From a virus: a stretch of DNA of 64,000 bases. The stretch is taken from the IMG/VR virus record IMGVR_UViG_3300022932_000017, positions 1-64,000 of that record. One strand, 5' to 3'. The notes beneath the pieces are model-generated. The model did not search any database and was not told the DNA's origin. It saw only the letters and a program-made list of their open reading frames with translations. Within the stretch, counting starts at the first letter, position 1. Every line of letters starts with the position of its first letter. Of the stretch, positions 18,301-27,900 are shown piece by piece. The position numbers were made by a program, and so were the translations under genes.

Positions 18301-21300
18301 GTAGTTTCTCGTAAAGACTGTTTACTTCCTTCTCTACTCCTTTAGCAATAGCATTTTCAATATCAGGACTCAACACATCTACAGCATCAGTTTCAATTGA
18401 TTGTGCTTCCTTATTAATCGCATCAGGACTAGCTTCAATGCTTTTTTCAATAGTAGCTTTCTCTTGCCTTTGAGCGGAACTAAAAAACTCCTTGGTAATT
18501 TGACCCATATCATAAGCCGCTCGCGCAGCCTGTCTGAATCTACCATAACCAATAGCAATAGCAGCAGACCTTTGAAACTTAGTAGATATATCCCTTACAT
18601 ACTTTAATTGCTTGTTTACAGCTACTTCATTCTCTGGTTCTGCTAATATCCTTCTCTCAAGCTCATTCTCTAGGGATACAGTAATTAAACTTCGCTTATC
18701 TACAGGAAGCTTATTCTCTTCAACATACTCCATAAGTTTAGTGGCATATTCGTCACCAAACTCTTTTTTAGCATTTTGAACAATATCATCCCCATGCTGA
18801 AAATCAATAAGGCTGTCTTTCCGCTTGTACTCTTTCTCCGAAGCATCTAAAGTCCTTCCTGTCTCACGCTCTACGTTGTTTAAAGTATTACGGATTTCAT
18901 CAGTCTCTAGGTTCTTATTAACCAACTCAACAAACTTGTTGCTTACTTTTCCTTTGGCGGGTTCTGCTTGCTCTGTTTTACTTCCTGTATTTTCTTTTGC
19001 ATTTGTTCCTCCGTCATTTCCGGTTGGTTGTATAGTTTCCGCAATAGGTTCAGCTTGTTGTTCGATTGCTCTTCTTTCATGTTCGATAAAATCATTTGTT
19101 GTTAATTCTTCGTTTTTAAATTCATTTTCAAATTGTGTAGTCTCTTCCGTTGTTAAATTCTCTGCTTTAATCTTAGAGGCGCTATCTGCCAATACATCAT
19201 CAAACCTAGTTTTAAGTTCATCAAATTGTTTGGTAGTAATCTCTCCCTTACTCTTAGCCTCCGTAAGTCTTTTTAATGATGCCTCTGCTTTAAGCGTTTT
19301 ATTAGCTACTTGTTTTAAGGCTTTAAGGTCATCCTCCGCTTTGTCTAAGACTTCTTTAGTTCTTTCCGGTGATACACTCTCTTGAGCCACATTCTCTTGT
19401 GCAGGTACAGGTTGTTCAACTTCATTTGTGCCTTGTTTTAATTTTTGGTCATTTTCTAAATTAACAGGATTCCTTATTTCAGTTTCTTTAGGTTTATATT
19501 CCGTTACTAATATATCTCTTGATCTTCCACCATCAAATGCACCAACAATACCTTCTGACTCCATCTGATCCATTATCTCTTTCGCCCTCTCGTAGCTTAT
19601 ATTCAATTTTTTACTTAAAACAGCTATAGAACTATCTTTAGATTCCACAACTGTTTTTGCTGCTTCATCAAATAATGGGTCTAGTGTTCTAGGCGTCTCT
19701 ACAGCAGATGAAGGCTTATCCTGCACAACTTCATTTTCTTTTTCAAAATCATAAACTTTAACATTAATACTAGTTTTACCGCTCTGTATGTCATTAGCTA
19801 TCCTATGATGCCCATCTAACACATAATATTTATCACCTTCTTTTAATAAAGCAACATCTTCTGTAGGATTATTTTGGTTTTTAGTTCCTCCTAATTTATC
19901 AGCTTGTAGCGATTCTTGAGTTGGCACTATATCATTAATATCAACTATCTGCTTCGATTCTTCATAACCTGAATTATCGCCCTCTTTTGACTTACTCCGT
20001 TGTTCTTTAATAAGTCTATTTGCTTTTAAAACCTTTTCACTAGTTGCTTGGCTTATTTTATTTTTAAAAATATTTTCAGAAGGTATTTTATTATCAACCT
20101 GTTTCTCTCTTACTGTAGTGTTACCGCCTACTTCTGTATTAATAACCTCTTGTGGAACTTCTGGCTTGCTTCTTTCAGTCTGTTCAAGATTGTATCTTTC
20201 CTCTGTAATTTCAACAGGTTTCTCTTTACCGATCTGTTTAGTGTAGGTTCCTTTCTCTTCATCAAAGCTATACTTGGTTTTAAGACCTGTAGCAAGCTCT
20301 CTAAGCTTATCATTAGACTGATCGATCTTATTCTCTAAAGCAATCTCTTCGGGTAGTTTAATCTCTCCTAATGCAGGGTCGGTAGGAGTCTTCGTAGATT
20401 TAACATTATCCAAAGCTTCCTGCATCTCATTACGCCCTGTAATCAAATCCACTCCTTCATCAAATTGTTTAGGGGTAAATTGTTCCGGTAACTTAGACAC
20501 AGCATCAGCAATAACCATAGCTTGCTTTTGAGTGTTTGCTATCTCTTCTGGTTTCCACCCTTGCTTAGCGCCTAACACACCAACATCTTCAATTACCTTG
20601 GCGACATTTTCAGGACTCCTGTCAGCTTTAACAGCATCAATAACCATATTCTTATACGGAGACTTGCTAAACATCATCCCTACATCTTGCCTCATGCCAA
20701 GACCCGCAAAGATTGGCGCATCTTCCGTAAGTATCTTTCCAATCGTATCACTCATTTCTTGAGGACTTTGCGCCTGAAAGGCTTCCGACTCATTTACATC
20801 ATTAGCTTTTTTCTTTAACTCATTATCCACATACGCTAGTGCCGTTAAATCAAGTGAGGTATTACGATAAGCCTTGGCGCCTTTATTTAAGAACTCTGGA
20901 ATCTTCTTAGCAATACTCACACTTTGCTGTTTCATGGCATTAGCGATACTCTCTGCTGTAATAGCCTCTCCTGAATCAACCAAACCCTTCATAGCATTAA
21001 CAGTAGCTTGTCCGGCTAAGTCGTCTCTAACCGCAGCAGGAAGCTTATTAAATAATACATGTGAGTTAAGCGCTTTCATCAACGTGTAATCAGTAATCAT
21101 TTTGCCAACTCTATACAGGTCATCAGCACCATTCTTAAACTCTACACCATTCTTTTTAGCCTCACGAATCTCTTTATCTGCTGTTCCCGCTCCATTCATA
21201 GCGAAACTCATTCCCCCTGTAGCCTCTGCGCTAAGCATAGCAGGAACAAACTCTGCAAGTGAACCTACAGCCCTATCTACAGGAGTGAAGCCCCTAAAAT

Positions 21301-21883
21301 TATCCTCAAGTCCCATAGATGTTTTTTCTTGAGCTTTATCAAAAAATTCATTGTTTATCTTTTCTTCTTCGGGAGTATAATCTTCACCACCTAATACTTT
21401 TCTTCTTAGAAGGTCTGCCGCAGACAATACGCCTTCTCCAAGATTTACAGCACCTCTAGCAAGTCCCCTTCCAATAATCTTAGTGATTCCCTCCATTCCG
21501 GTCTGTACACCGCCCCAATAAGTATCCCCGTATTTCTTTTTATAGGATTCTAACTTATCGTTAATGACCTTTTCTTCATCTACCGAAGTATCAGGATTTT
21601 CTATGCGCTGTTGAGCAGTTAATTTAGTAGGATCTACCCTATAGTTAGCAGCAGTCTGTTCTTGAACTGTTATAGGTTTGTATGCTCCTAAAGCAGTCAA
21701 GTCTAGTTTTACTTTAGGAGTCTTTACAGGTGTTTGTCTTAGTTCTTTTGGTTGAACTGAAAATGATTCGTCTTGCAGGTTATTAGCCGCCTGTAATATA
21801 TTAGTACTTTGGAAAGGCTTTGAGCCACTTCCAGATGTTTGAACACCACTCTTTGAAACGGCTGAACCCCCCCCCAGCCCCAT
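15362..21883 (-). CDS. Giant putative internal virion/ejection (polyvalent) protein with ParB/Srx-like and FtsK-gamma-like domains
   Basis: 2173 aa, helical and K/E/A-rich, third of three genes after the nozzle; YVLDGHHR; LDPLFDEAAK...ISYERAKEIMDQMESEGIVG. Confidence 0.8.
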   Translation of the reverse strand: MGLGGGSAVSKSGVQTSGSGSKPFQSTNILQAANNLQDESFSVQPKELRQTPVKTPKVKLDLTALGAYKPITVQEQTAANYRVDPTKLTAQQRIENPDTSVDEEKVINDKLESYKKKYGDTYWGGVQTGMEGITKIIGRGLARGAVNLGEGVLSAADLLRRKVLGGEDYTPEEEKINNEFFDKAQEKTSMGLEDNFRGFTPVDRAVGSLAEFVPAMLSAEATGGMSFAMNGAGTADKEIREAKKNGVEFKNGADDLYRVGKMITDYTLMKALNSHVLFNKLPAAVRDDLAGQATVNAMKGLVDSGEAITAESIANAMKQQSVSIAKKIPEFLNKGAKAYRNTSLDLTALAYVDNELKKKANDVNESEAFQAQSPQEMSDTIGKILTEDAPIFAGLGMRQDVGMMFSKSPYKNMVIDAVKADRSPENVAKVIEDVGVLGAKQGWKPEEIANTQKQAMVIADAVSKLPEQFTPKQFDEGVDLITGRNEMQEALDNVKSTKTPTDPALGEIKLPEEIALENKIDQSNDKLRELATGLKTKYSFDEEKGTYTKQIGKEKPVEITEERYNLEQTERSKPEVPQEVINTEVGGNTTVREKQVDNKIPSENIFKNKISQATSEKVLKANRLIKEQRSKSKEGDNSGYEESKQIVDINDIVPTQESLQADKLGGTKNQNNPTEDVALLKEGDKYYVLDGHHRIANDIQSGKTSINVKVYDFEKENEVVQDKPSSAVETPRTLDPLFDEAAKTVVESKDSSIAVLSKKLNISYERAKEIMDQMESEGIVGAFDGGRSRDILVTEYKPKETEIRNPVNLENDQKLKQGTNEVEQPVPAQENVAQESVSPERTKEVLDKAEDDLKALKQVANKTLKAEASLKRLTEAKSKGEITTKQFDELKTRFDDVLADSASKIKAENLTTEETTQFENEFKNEELTTNDFIEHERRAIEQQAEPIAETIQPTGNDGGTNAKENTGSKTEQAEPAKGKVSNKFVELVNKNLETDEIRNTLNNVERETGRTLDASEKEYKRKDSLIDFQHGDDIVQNAKKEFGDEYATKLMEYVEENKLPVDKRSLITVSLENELERRILAEPENEVAVNKQLKYVRDISTKFQRSAAIAIGYGRFRQAARAAYDMGQITKEFFSSAQRQEKATIEKSIEASPDAINKEAQSIETDAVDVLSPDIENAIAKGVEKEVNSLYEKLPTKRREAADKAIAALDKIQKKLRSKTYDASIGVPVAIIDAGITTIKAAIKAGVNIADAIELGINKIKETQKKWAKEDDFRKDMLDGFKEENIDTESGTKRGKVKSDAEKLADAKENIRKRIEDLKQQIADKKVELKATSRLTDPELQSLQAEESAYKREAMKYLTSESKAIVDERMKATAVKKLQNDLERLNDQIAKGEKAEREAKKDPIESPEINRLKGERKAALEVLEQLDPTPKIFVKEALIESGYGREITVTRKETDANGNVVERKEKTQTLDWKKLAGEEGSIDRMKENVAKVLKDKGYSDVEIDRLQDSFEKEYNDLRASVIEKGLKELETRNTEKPKTNTKTTAKRLAELYNYGLFEKNSDTYDYLMNNAIGLNGIGQEAFFQAKVLAKSLSELYQSRSDGRVINEFGLNSAVNQINHQIEQLLSKVAWNESNGAFKAAKITQEYLSMAQRAILTTVKQLGDNTLSGYIERTFNKLTFAFEKNDTKALEKQRRDAGRNVLKDAIYNAGLDYGDISNPFLVKSATENYINNVSTSRKYHAVVSGILGRIYLEGMDGLNKANLTEKYFTRNLIKVLTDKNNPKRMGQDEAVQYVSENLTGQKFSDALVTANEIIEKVNRLSGKKTLPENKEFTNRLAMDIVKEALVVGEKLTLDQIEASYRAGYTVAGLGMGHEANNFASRTVGLLNSYNEGKLKDAIKEKRWNEAAMLTFTSILSKNILNPFVGGASNWVTLTLQKAGVDAWSPLENFVKRRKLDLTTEKGIKDMEYALMSEAKAKSTAGRVFIGATVSLLAAGATISSGKDKDLAGWLKKNEWAKKYFNVISPPALSFLLALEDKKMGKFMQQILNQKVAAFDDGAKVVKSIEAATEGDLKKAGGYAGDVLGSKTSLPIIPYRFGRQVQNIYRGVTGQPQISPDYSTKSFWNSFYRDGFVNYLGLTPDAESDKPLSDAERKEKIKEAKQKIEETRKGLQEKD

Positions 21884-22019
21884 CGGTGATGGAGCTTTTA
21901 TATTCTGGATACTTTACTAACATCTTATCTGCTAACTCTGTATCGTCTACATCCTTGTACTCTGGATATTTCTCTTTTATTTTTTGAGCAAACTGTTGCT
22001 TGGTTACTTTATCAGGCAT
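21801..22019 (-). CDS. 72-aa ORF, probable true N-terminus of the giant protein via frameshift
   Basis: AT-rich leader 10 nt after upstream stop; KYPEYK twice; overlaps the giant ORF across G9. Confidence 0.7.
   Translation of the reverse strand: MPDKVTKQQFAQKIKEKYPEYKDVDDTELADKMLVKYPEYKSSITDGAGGGFSRFKEWCSNIWKWLKAFPKY
21867..21875 (-). repeat. G9 homopolymer, candidate slippage site
   Basis: C9 on + strand inside the ORF overlap. Confidence 0.85.
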
Positions 22020-22028
22020 AATTTATAT

Positions 22029-23348
22029 TTAGAAAAGACCTAATGGGTCATTTTTCGGTTTAACTGTTTTTTGTTTGTTTACTCTGTCACGTTCCGTTTG
22101 TATAGCACCTTTAACTTTCCCTGCGGCATTACCTGTCTGGAATTTACTTTCGGATACATTCTCTCCGGTAATGTCGCTTAACAAGCGGTTTAACTTCAAC
22201 TTCCCTTCCGGTGAACGCTTGTCTATAGTAACCGTATATGCAGGAGTCTCTTTCATCTTAACCTTACCCTCTGCATCATACGATTCAGTTACCTTTTTAG
22301 GAACCCTCACCTCAATGAAATTACCTTTAGAACCTATCATGTTTTTAACAGCATTCTGGTCATAACCCGGCATTGCGCTTACAATAGCTTTAAACCTTTC
22401 TCCTGAACCTGCAACTCCGCTAAGCATATCATTTACCGTCTTCTGCCTGTACAACGTAGCTTCATCTGCTGCTCCTTTATCATTCTTTCTTGCCCTTTGA
22501 AGCATATCAGAATAATTAGCTCTTTCTCTCCAATCGTCATTCTCTTTAAAGACAGGTTTAGCGGGCTCTTTCTTTACCCTATCCTTTACCAATTGACTAA
22601 TTAAAGTGTTTTTTAATTGAACGGGATCAGTTATACTTGCCGCTAGATCAGGATACAATTGTTTTGCCGCTAACTTGAAGTCTGTATCTGCATCCCATTT
22701 CGCTGAATACCTCTGCGCTTGCATTACAGGGTCTATTACCCTTTCTTGAGTAACTAATACCCCTGACTTATTTCCTTGCTTGTGAGGCACTTCTAATGGG
22801 TTGTTCCATTTAGAACTCTTTAATACTAATTCATCGTCTTTATCCAATTCGGAAAGAACCTTGTTAACGTCAATTTTTCTTTCAAACGTAGTTAAATCCC
22901 TGATGTATTTAGGATCGTTCCTTGACAAGTTTTTAGATTGCTGATATTTAGTAACAGCATCATCAGTGAAGTTATCTCTCTTAGCAGGATCCATAAAGAG
23001 AGCATTCAATGCAGTTTCTCCTTTAGCTAAATTCTTAGAGTCATATACCATATTCTGCAAGTCTAACTCTTTTTCATCAAACTGACGCTTTAACATAGCT
23101 TTCTTCTGCAAATCTTTTTCCGCTTGAATCTGTCCGTAAAGGTTTTTCCACTCGTTATACTTTGAGGTATATTCAGGAACATCACCCTGACGAACTCCAT
23201 CAATCTTAACCTTACCCATTTCTTCCTGCAAAGCTTTCTGTTCTGCCTGACGTCTAGCCTCATTCTGTTGAGCTTGTTTAAGGTAGTAGTTTACAGATCC
23301 ACTAGTGTCAAATACAACCGAATCATTAGCGTTTAGTCCTTCTCTCAT
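22029..23348 (-). CDS. Putative internal virion/ejection protein
   Basis: Position; helical charged sequence. Confidence 0.65.
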   Translation of the reverse strand: MREGLNANDSVVFDTSGSVNYYLKQAQQNEARRQAEQKALQEEMGKVKIDGVRQGDVPEYTSKYNEWKNLYGQIQAEKDLQKKAMLKRQFDEKELDLQNMVYDSKNLAKGETALNALFMDPAKRDNFTDDAVTKYQQSKNLSRNDPKYIRDLTTFERKIDVNKVLSELDKDDELVLKSSKWNNPLEVPHKQGNKSGVLVTQERVIDPVMQAQRYSAKWDADTDFKLAAKQLYPDLAASITDPVQLKNTLISQLVKDRVKKEPAKPVFKENDDWRERANYSDMLQRARKNDKGAADEATLYRQKTVNDMLSGVAGSGERFKAIVSAMPGYDQNAVKNMIGSKGNFIEVRVPKKVTESYDAEGKVKMKETPAYTVTIDKRSPEGKLKLNRLLSDITGENVSESKFQTGNAAGKVKGAIQTERDRVNKQKTVKPKNDPLGLF

Positions 23349-23974
23349 TAGAATCCTGCTGATGGTAAATAATTTCTAATATAACCGTTACTTCCTTGAG
23401 GTGGCATTTGAGAATTAGTACCGCCACCTTGTTGTCCACCATAGTAGCTTTGGGCTAATTGGCTAAGATCGGTTAAGGCTCCAAAACTGTTTCGCTTTCC
23501 ATCTGCAATAGTTTGAGAAGCTGCGTTCCCTTGTTGGATGTATTTTTGCTTTTTATTCCAATCCCATACCCTTTGTTCTTCATTAGCTAACACACCTCTC
23601 TGTCCCATAAGAACGCCCTGATTTCTTAATCTAGTATTAGCATCCTGAACATCAAGGCTTAATGTGGCATCATTAGAAGCTCTCACAAGAGACGCAAGCC
23701 CCGCACTCGGATTAGCACTTCTACCCAATTGAGTTAAAACCCCTTGTTGGTTCCTTTGAATGTTCTGTGCTGCTTGGTTATACTGTTGCTGTGGTAAACC
23801 TACTTGAGCCATTTGTTCCGCTTGCGCTACATTCTTTAAAATATTGTTGTTTACTTGAGCTGTTGGAAAGGGGTTATTTTTAGCCATTTTATTCCCTTTG
23901 AGAATTCCGGCTATTCCGGCTATTCCTTTTAAAACCGATGGTGCAACTGCTGCCGCTATTAATGGTAAAGGCAT
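23348..23974 (-). CDS. Putative ejection (pilot) protein
   Basis: Hydrophobic Ala/Gly N-terminus, Q/N-rich helices, follows nozzle. Confidence 0.7.
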   Translation of the reverse strand: MPLPLIAAAVAPSVLKGIAGIAGILKGNKMAKNNPFPTAQVNNNILKNVAQAEQMAQVGLPQQQYNQAAQNIQRNQQGVLTQLGRSANPSAGLASLVRASNDATLSLDVQDANTRLRNQGVLMGQRGVLANEEQRVWDWNKKQKYIQQGNAASQTIADGKRNSFGALTDLSQLAQSYYGGQQGGGTNSQMPPQGSNGYIRNYLPSAGF

Positions 23975-24023
23975 AATATTTATTTTTTTTATGTTATTTA
24001 CTTAAACAAAGTACGTCAATTAT

Positions 24024-24944
24024 TTAGCGTGTTCCAATTTTACTCGGTATACTGTTCACCGCAACGTTCTTCAACCGTAGTATTCCGTTCTCTGTAGTCA
24101 CAAGTTCGATTACAATATAAGTCCCTTTAAGGTCGTCTCCGTTAATAATATCTACATTCTTATCTTTCATAAACGAAGCACTAAACACACCTTCTACACT
24201 ATAAATATCCACTTGGTCAACTCCATCATCCATTACATCTTTCAGAAAGTCATATTCAATTAATTCTGATACCTGACCCAAACTTGTAGAAATACCATCA
24301 ACACTTGTTATCATCAGCATATTACCCTCGTAAGATAAGCTTTCAAATGTTTTAGGCTGTCCTTCATTTCCATTAGCAGTGAATTTTATCAGTGTTTTAT
24401 ATTGCATACCATAATATCTGTTTCTGCCTTCAATAGAAGCCTTGTGAGCGTATAACTGCCCAGACTTGAATGTATATAGGTTTGTGAACAACGAAAAGCC
24501 TGTATCGAAGTTTAACGGCTTAAAACAACTCCATTTATTGTTCTTTTCCGACCATGACAAAGTGTTCTTCTGTTTTAGGCTCGTATCCTCTACTGTATCG
24601 CTAATTGTAAAGGAAGTCAGTTTAAGGTTAGCGTTAGAATAAACCGTAAGTATAGGGTCACTACCTGTAGCTGTAATGGTTAGATTTACAAAACCCGGAG
24701 TGGTTCTATTTGCGGATGCCGCTGTTCCTGCATTAACCCTGAAAAATCCTGAATTTATATACTCCAAACTATAACTAATCTGATAAGTATGTCCAGAAAT
24801 CAAAGGATAATTTCTTAAAGTCATCTGCCCTGCATTACATACCTCATGTATAGCGTAATCCTCGAATATAGTCCAACCAAATGACTTGCCTAATGTGAGC
24901 AAGTCTAAAGTGATCGGTGTGTTCTGTAGTGTTGTAAAGCTCAT
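24024..24944 (-). CDS. Tail protein resembling the C-terminal part of a nozzle/stabilisation protein
   Basis: TLSWSEKNNKWSCF...LYTFKSGQLYAH...NRYYG...KTFESL. Confidence 0.6.
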   Translation of the reverse strand: MSFTTLQNTPITLDLLTLGKSFGWTIFEDYAIHEVCNAGQMTLRNYPLISGHTYQISYSLEYINSGFFRVNAGTAASANRTTPGFVNLTITATGSDPILTVYSNANLKLTSFTISDTVEDTSLKQKNTLSWSEKNNKWSCFKPLNFDTGFSLFTNLYTFKSGQLYAHKASIEGRNRYYGMQYKTLIKFTANGNEGQPKTFESLSYEGNMLMITSVDGISTSLGQVSELIEYDFLKDVMDDGVDQVDIYSVEGVFSASFMKDKNVDIINGDDLKGTYIVIELVTTENGILRLKNVAVNSIPSKIGTR

Positions 24945-24945
24945 A

Positions 24946-27900
24946 TTATGTAAAGATTACTTCTGCTGTTAATGTTGTTTTATTATACCGTATAACCCCT
25001 ACTTTATAAGAGTTTGCAGGTGTATGTGTGCTATTGTGTATAGTAGTGTTTAATAGCCTAGTATCGCTAGATACCGTAACACCACCTGTATTTACGATAT
25101 TCGTCCCTACCTTACTCATAGTCCCTCCTTTATAAGTAACAACCTCTAAAGTGAAGTCACCAGAAGCAACCGAACCATACCAGACACAATACAATCCAAC
25201 TTCAACGATATTAGGACTTGAAGGAAAGTCTGTCACAAACTTTAATATGTTAACCAAAGCTCCTTCTATACCTTGTGGAGCAGCGCTTGAATTGGTATCA
25301 TCTAAACCCCACCACAAGTAAGCATTTGATTCAGGAGTTGTGCCAGAAAGGACAGTATCATCAACATTCCCAAACCCAACAAATATATTATCAATAGTAG
25401 GCGTATCATTATTTTCAAATTGAACTTGAATATCTAAATCACTCCCCGCACTAGGGTAATCCCAAAGGAACCTAGCTACCAAGAAGTCAAAGTCAGGAAT
25501 TAAAATGGTTGTGCCTGTATTTACATTAAAGATTCCGTCTACACCACCTATCGTTAAAGTTGTAGAAGTAGTTGTATCTTCTGTTGCAGAACTTGTCTGT
25601 CTAACTTGTACAGTTTGTCCATTACTCACGTTTCCCGCAGCCGATGTATAAGCCCCTCCATTGATTCTATACTCGCCACCTGTAATAGTTGTTGGTGAAG
25701 GTGCCCCAAGCCCTGTAATAGTTACAATATTCGATTCATAAACCGTAGATAATTCAGCATCACTAATATCAATAAAATCAAAAGGATCGGGTTCTGTATC
25801 GGTCTTAGTTTTAGCATCAAAAGAATCTGAATAACCTCCTACGGTAAGAACAGAACTCGTTGTTGTATTATAAGAGGCACTTGTAGTTTGTCGAACCTCA
25901 ATCGTATCTCCTGCATTAACATTTCCCGCTATATTTGTCCATGCGCCTCCGTTAATCCTATATTCACCTCCTGTTATGCTTATTGGCGCCGGAATAGTAT
26001 TTCCTCCAATCAATATAGAGTTAGAAATTACAACAGTACTTAGCTCCTGATTAATCAAATCTATAAAGAAGAATGAATTTACATCAGTGCTTCCGGCAGT
26101 AATCGTTCCACATACATTGCTTTGAATAACGTTTTCTCCAATCTCAAAAGAGAAGATAAACCCTACTGACCCTGTATAGTCTGTTTCAGGAGTAAATACC
26201 GCTTGTCCTGTAGTTGTGTTGATAACTACGCTTCCATGATTGGAACTAACCAATAGTAATGTCGAAGGATCAATCCCAAAGTCAAACTGATATTGCCATG
26301 TAGAACTATTGAATTTAAAGCTCGTCACAATGCCACCTAACGTTTCAATGTGTATCGTATACTCTTCGTTGTAATTATCAAATAACCCATATATCTTTTT
26401 ACCATCCTTCTTAGCTTGTTGTAATACCCTCATAAAGAACTTGGACATTTTAACTGCTATTGGTGCCACACCATTATATCCATCCCGTATAGGCAATGAA
26501 TTATTTGGGTCAACAAAGTATATTGTTCCATTCCTAGACTTCACAAAGCTTTCCTTAGCGGTGCCTATCCCAAAGCTACCTGACTGCAAGTATCTGGCTT
26601 TATTCAAAAGCTTATCGGAGATTGCTACATTCTGATTCTCTGCCTGATCTTCTAAAATTGAAATGTTAACAGGAATATGAATTAATTTCAACTCTTGAAT
26701 ACATACTAAGTATGAATCTCTTTGGCTAAGCACTCCAATAGCTCCGAACTGTGAAGAGGTTTCTCCTGCTCCATCACCATAAATACGCTCTCCATAAAAC
26801 CTAGAAATGCCATTCACCCTGCTTCCGGTAATAAATGTATCAGAATATCTTATAGAAGCTTTCTTTCGTGTCTCTTCCTGTTCATCGTTATAGAGTCTTG
26901 GCCTTCCATAGGAGTAGTAATTAGATTTATAAAAGTCACTGAAATTAAAATCTTCAACAAGGAAAGTATAAGGGATGTTAACATCGATATTGCTTACAAG
27001 ATTTCTTGTTTTAAAATACGCATCAGCTTCTCTTATAACTCCTGACTTAACGGTATAGTCTCCATTCTGAATAAGTATCTGCTCTCCTATTTCATAAAAT
27101 AATGTAGAAGTTTCCGAAGTTACACCATCATTAGTTTCTGTTCTTTTCTTTGGTGAATATATCTCTAAAAGGACTTCTTTACCTGTTATGTCTGCAATAT
27201 TTATAGATGCTGACTTTCTAACCTTAAGATTATACTTGGTTGTATTAGGATCTACACTAGTATCTACCACAATATCTAACCCCACAACTTCAACGTCTAT
27301 AGCAGGTGCATCAAACCATTTTACAGGAGTAGATGTGCTCCCTGTAAACGTAAACATAAATGTACACCTATCTCCAACAGAATAGTCATAACTTAAAATT
27401 GAAGAAGAATTGACTTGGTTAAATCTTAAAAGCGAAGTTATATTAAAAACTAAATAATCATCATTGGATAGAAAAGCATCCAAGGCACCATTAATATATA
27501 AGTCCGTAGCGTGTGTATTATTAAAAGAAATCAACCACTGTGCACTTTCTGCTCCGGCAGGAGGTAGACTATTTATCTGCCAACTTATTTGAGGAATAAA
27601 ACCATGTGTCTGCGCGTACGATGGGGTCTTAATCATAAATCTCTTATCACTGACAATAGGAAAGTAATTCCCTGCACCTTTGTAATGTGCTAAAGCCAAT
27701 TGATAGGCCGAATTTAATTTTATACTATGTATAGATTTTGACACTCCCGTTCCGGCATTCTGTAAAGTAACTGTTGCATATGAAAGCTCAAAATAAGGGT
27801 CGGTCTTTATATATAATGCGAAAGGAGTGGTATTACTGTTGGGTATACCAATAGAAAATGAATTTATTGCGGATATGGTATCGTTGTTTTGAGTTATAGG

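Noticed and set aside
15362-21883. Virion RNA polymerase in the giant protein
   Set aside because: No DxDxD-type catalytic motif in a plausible context
24007-24015. Promoter before the ejection genes
   Set aside because: CGTACTTTG is one base short of TAnnTTTG spacing; support too weak
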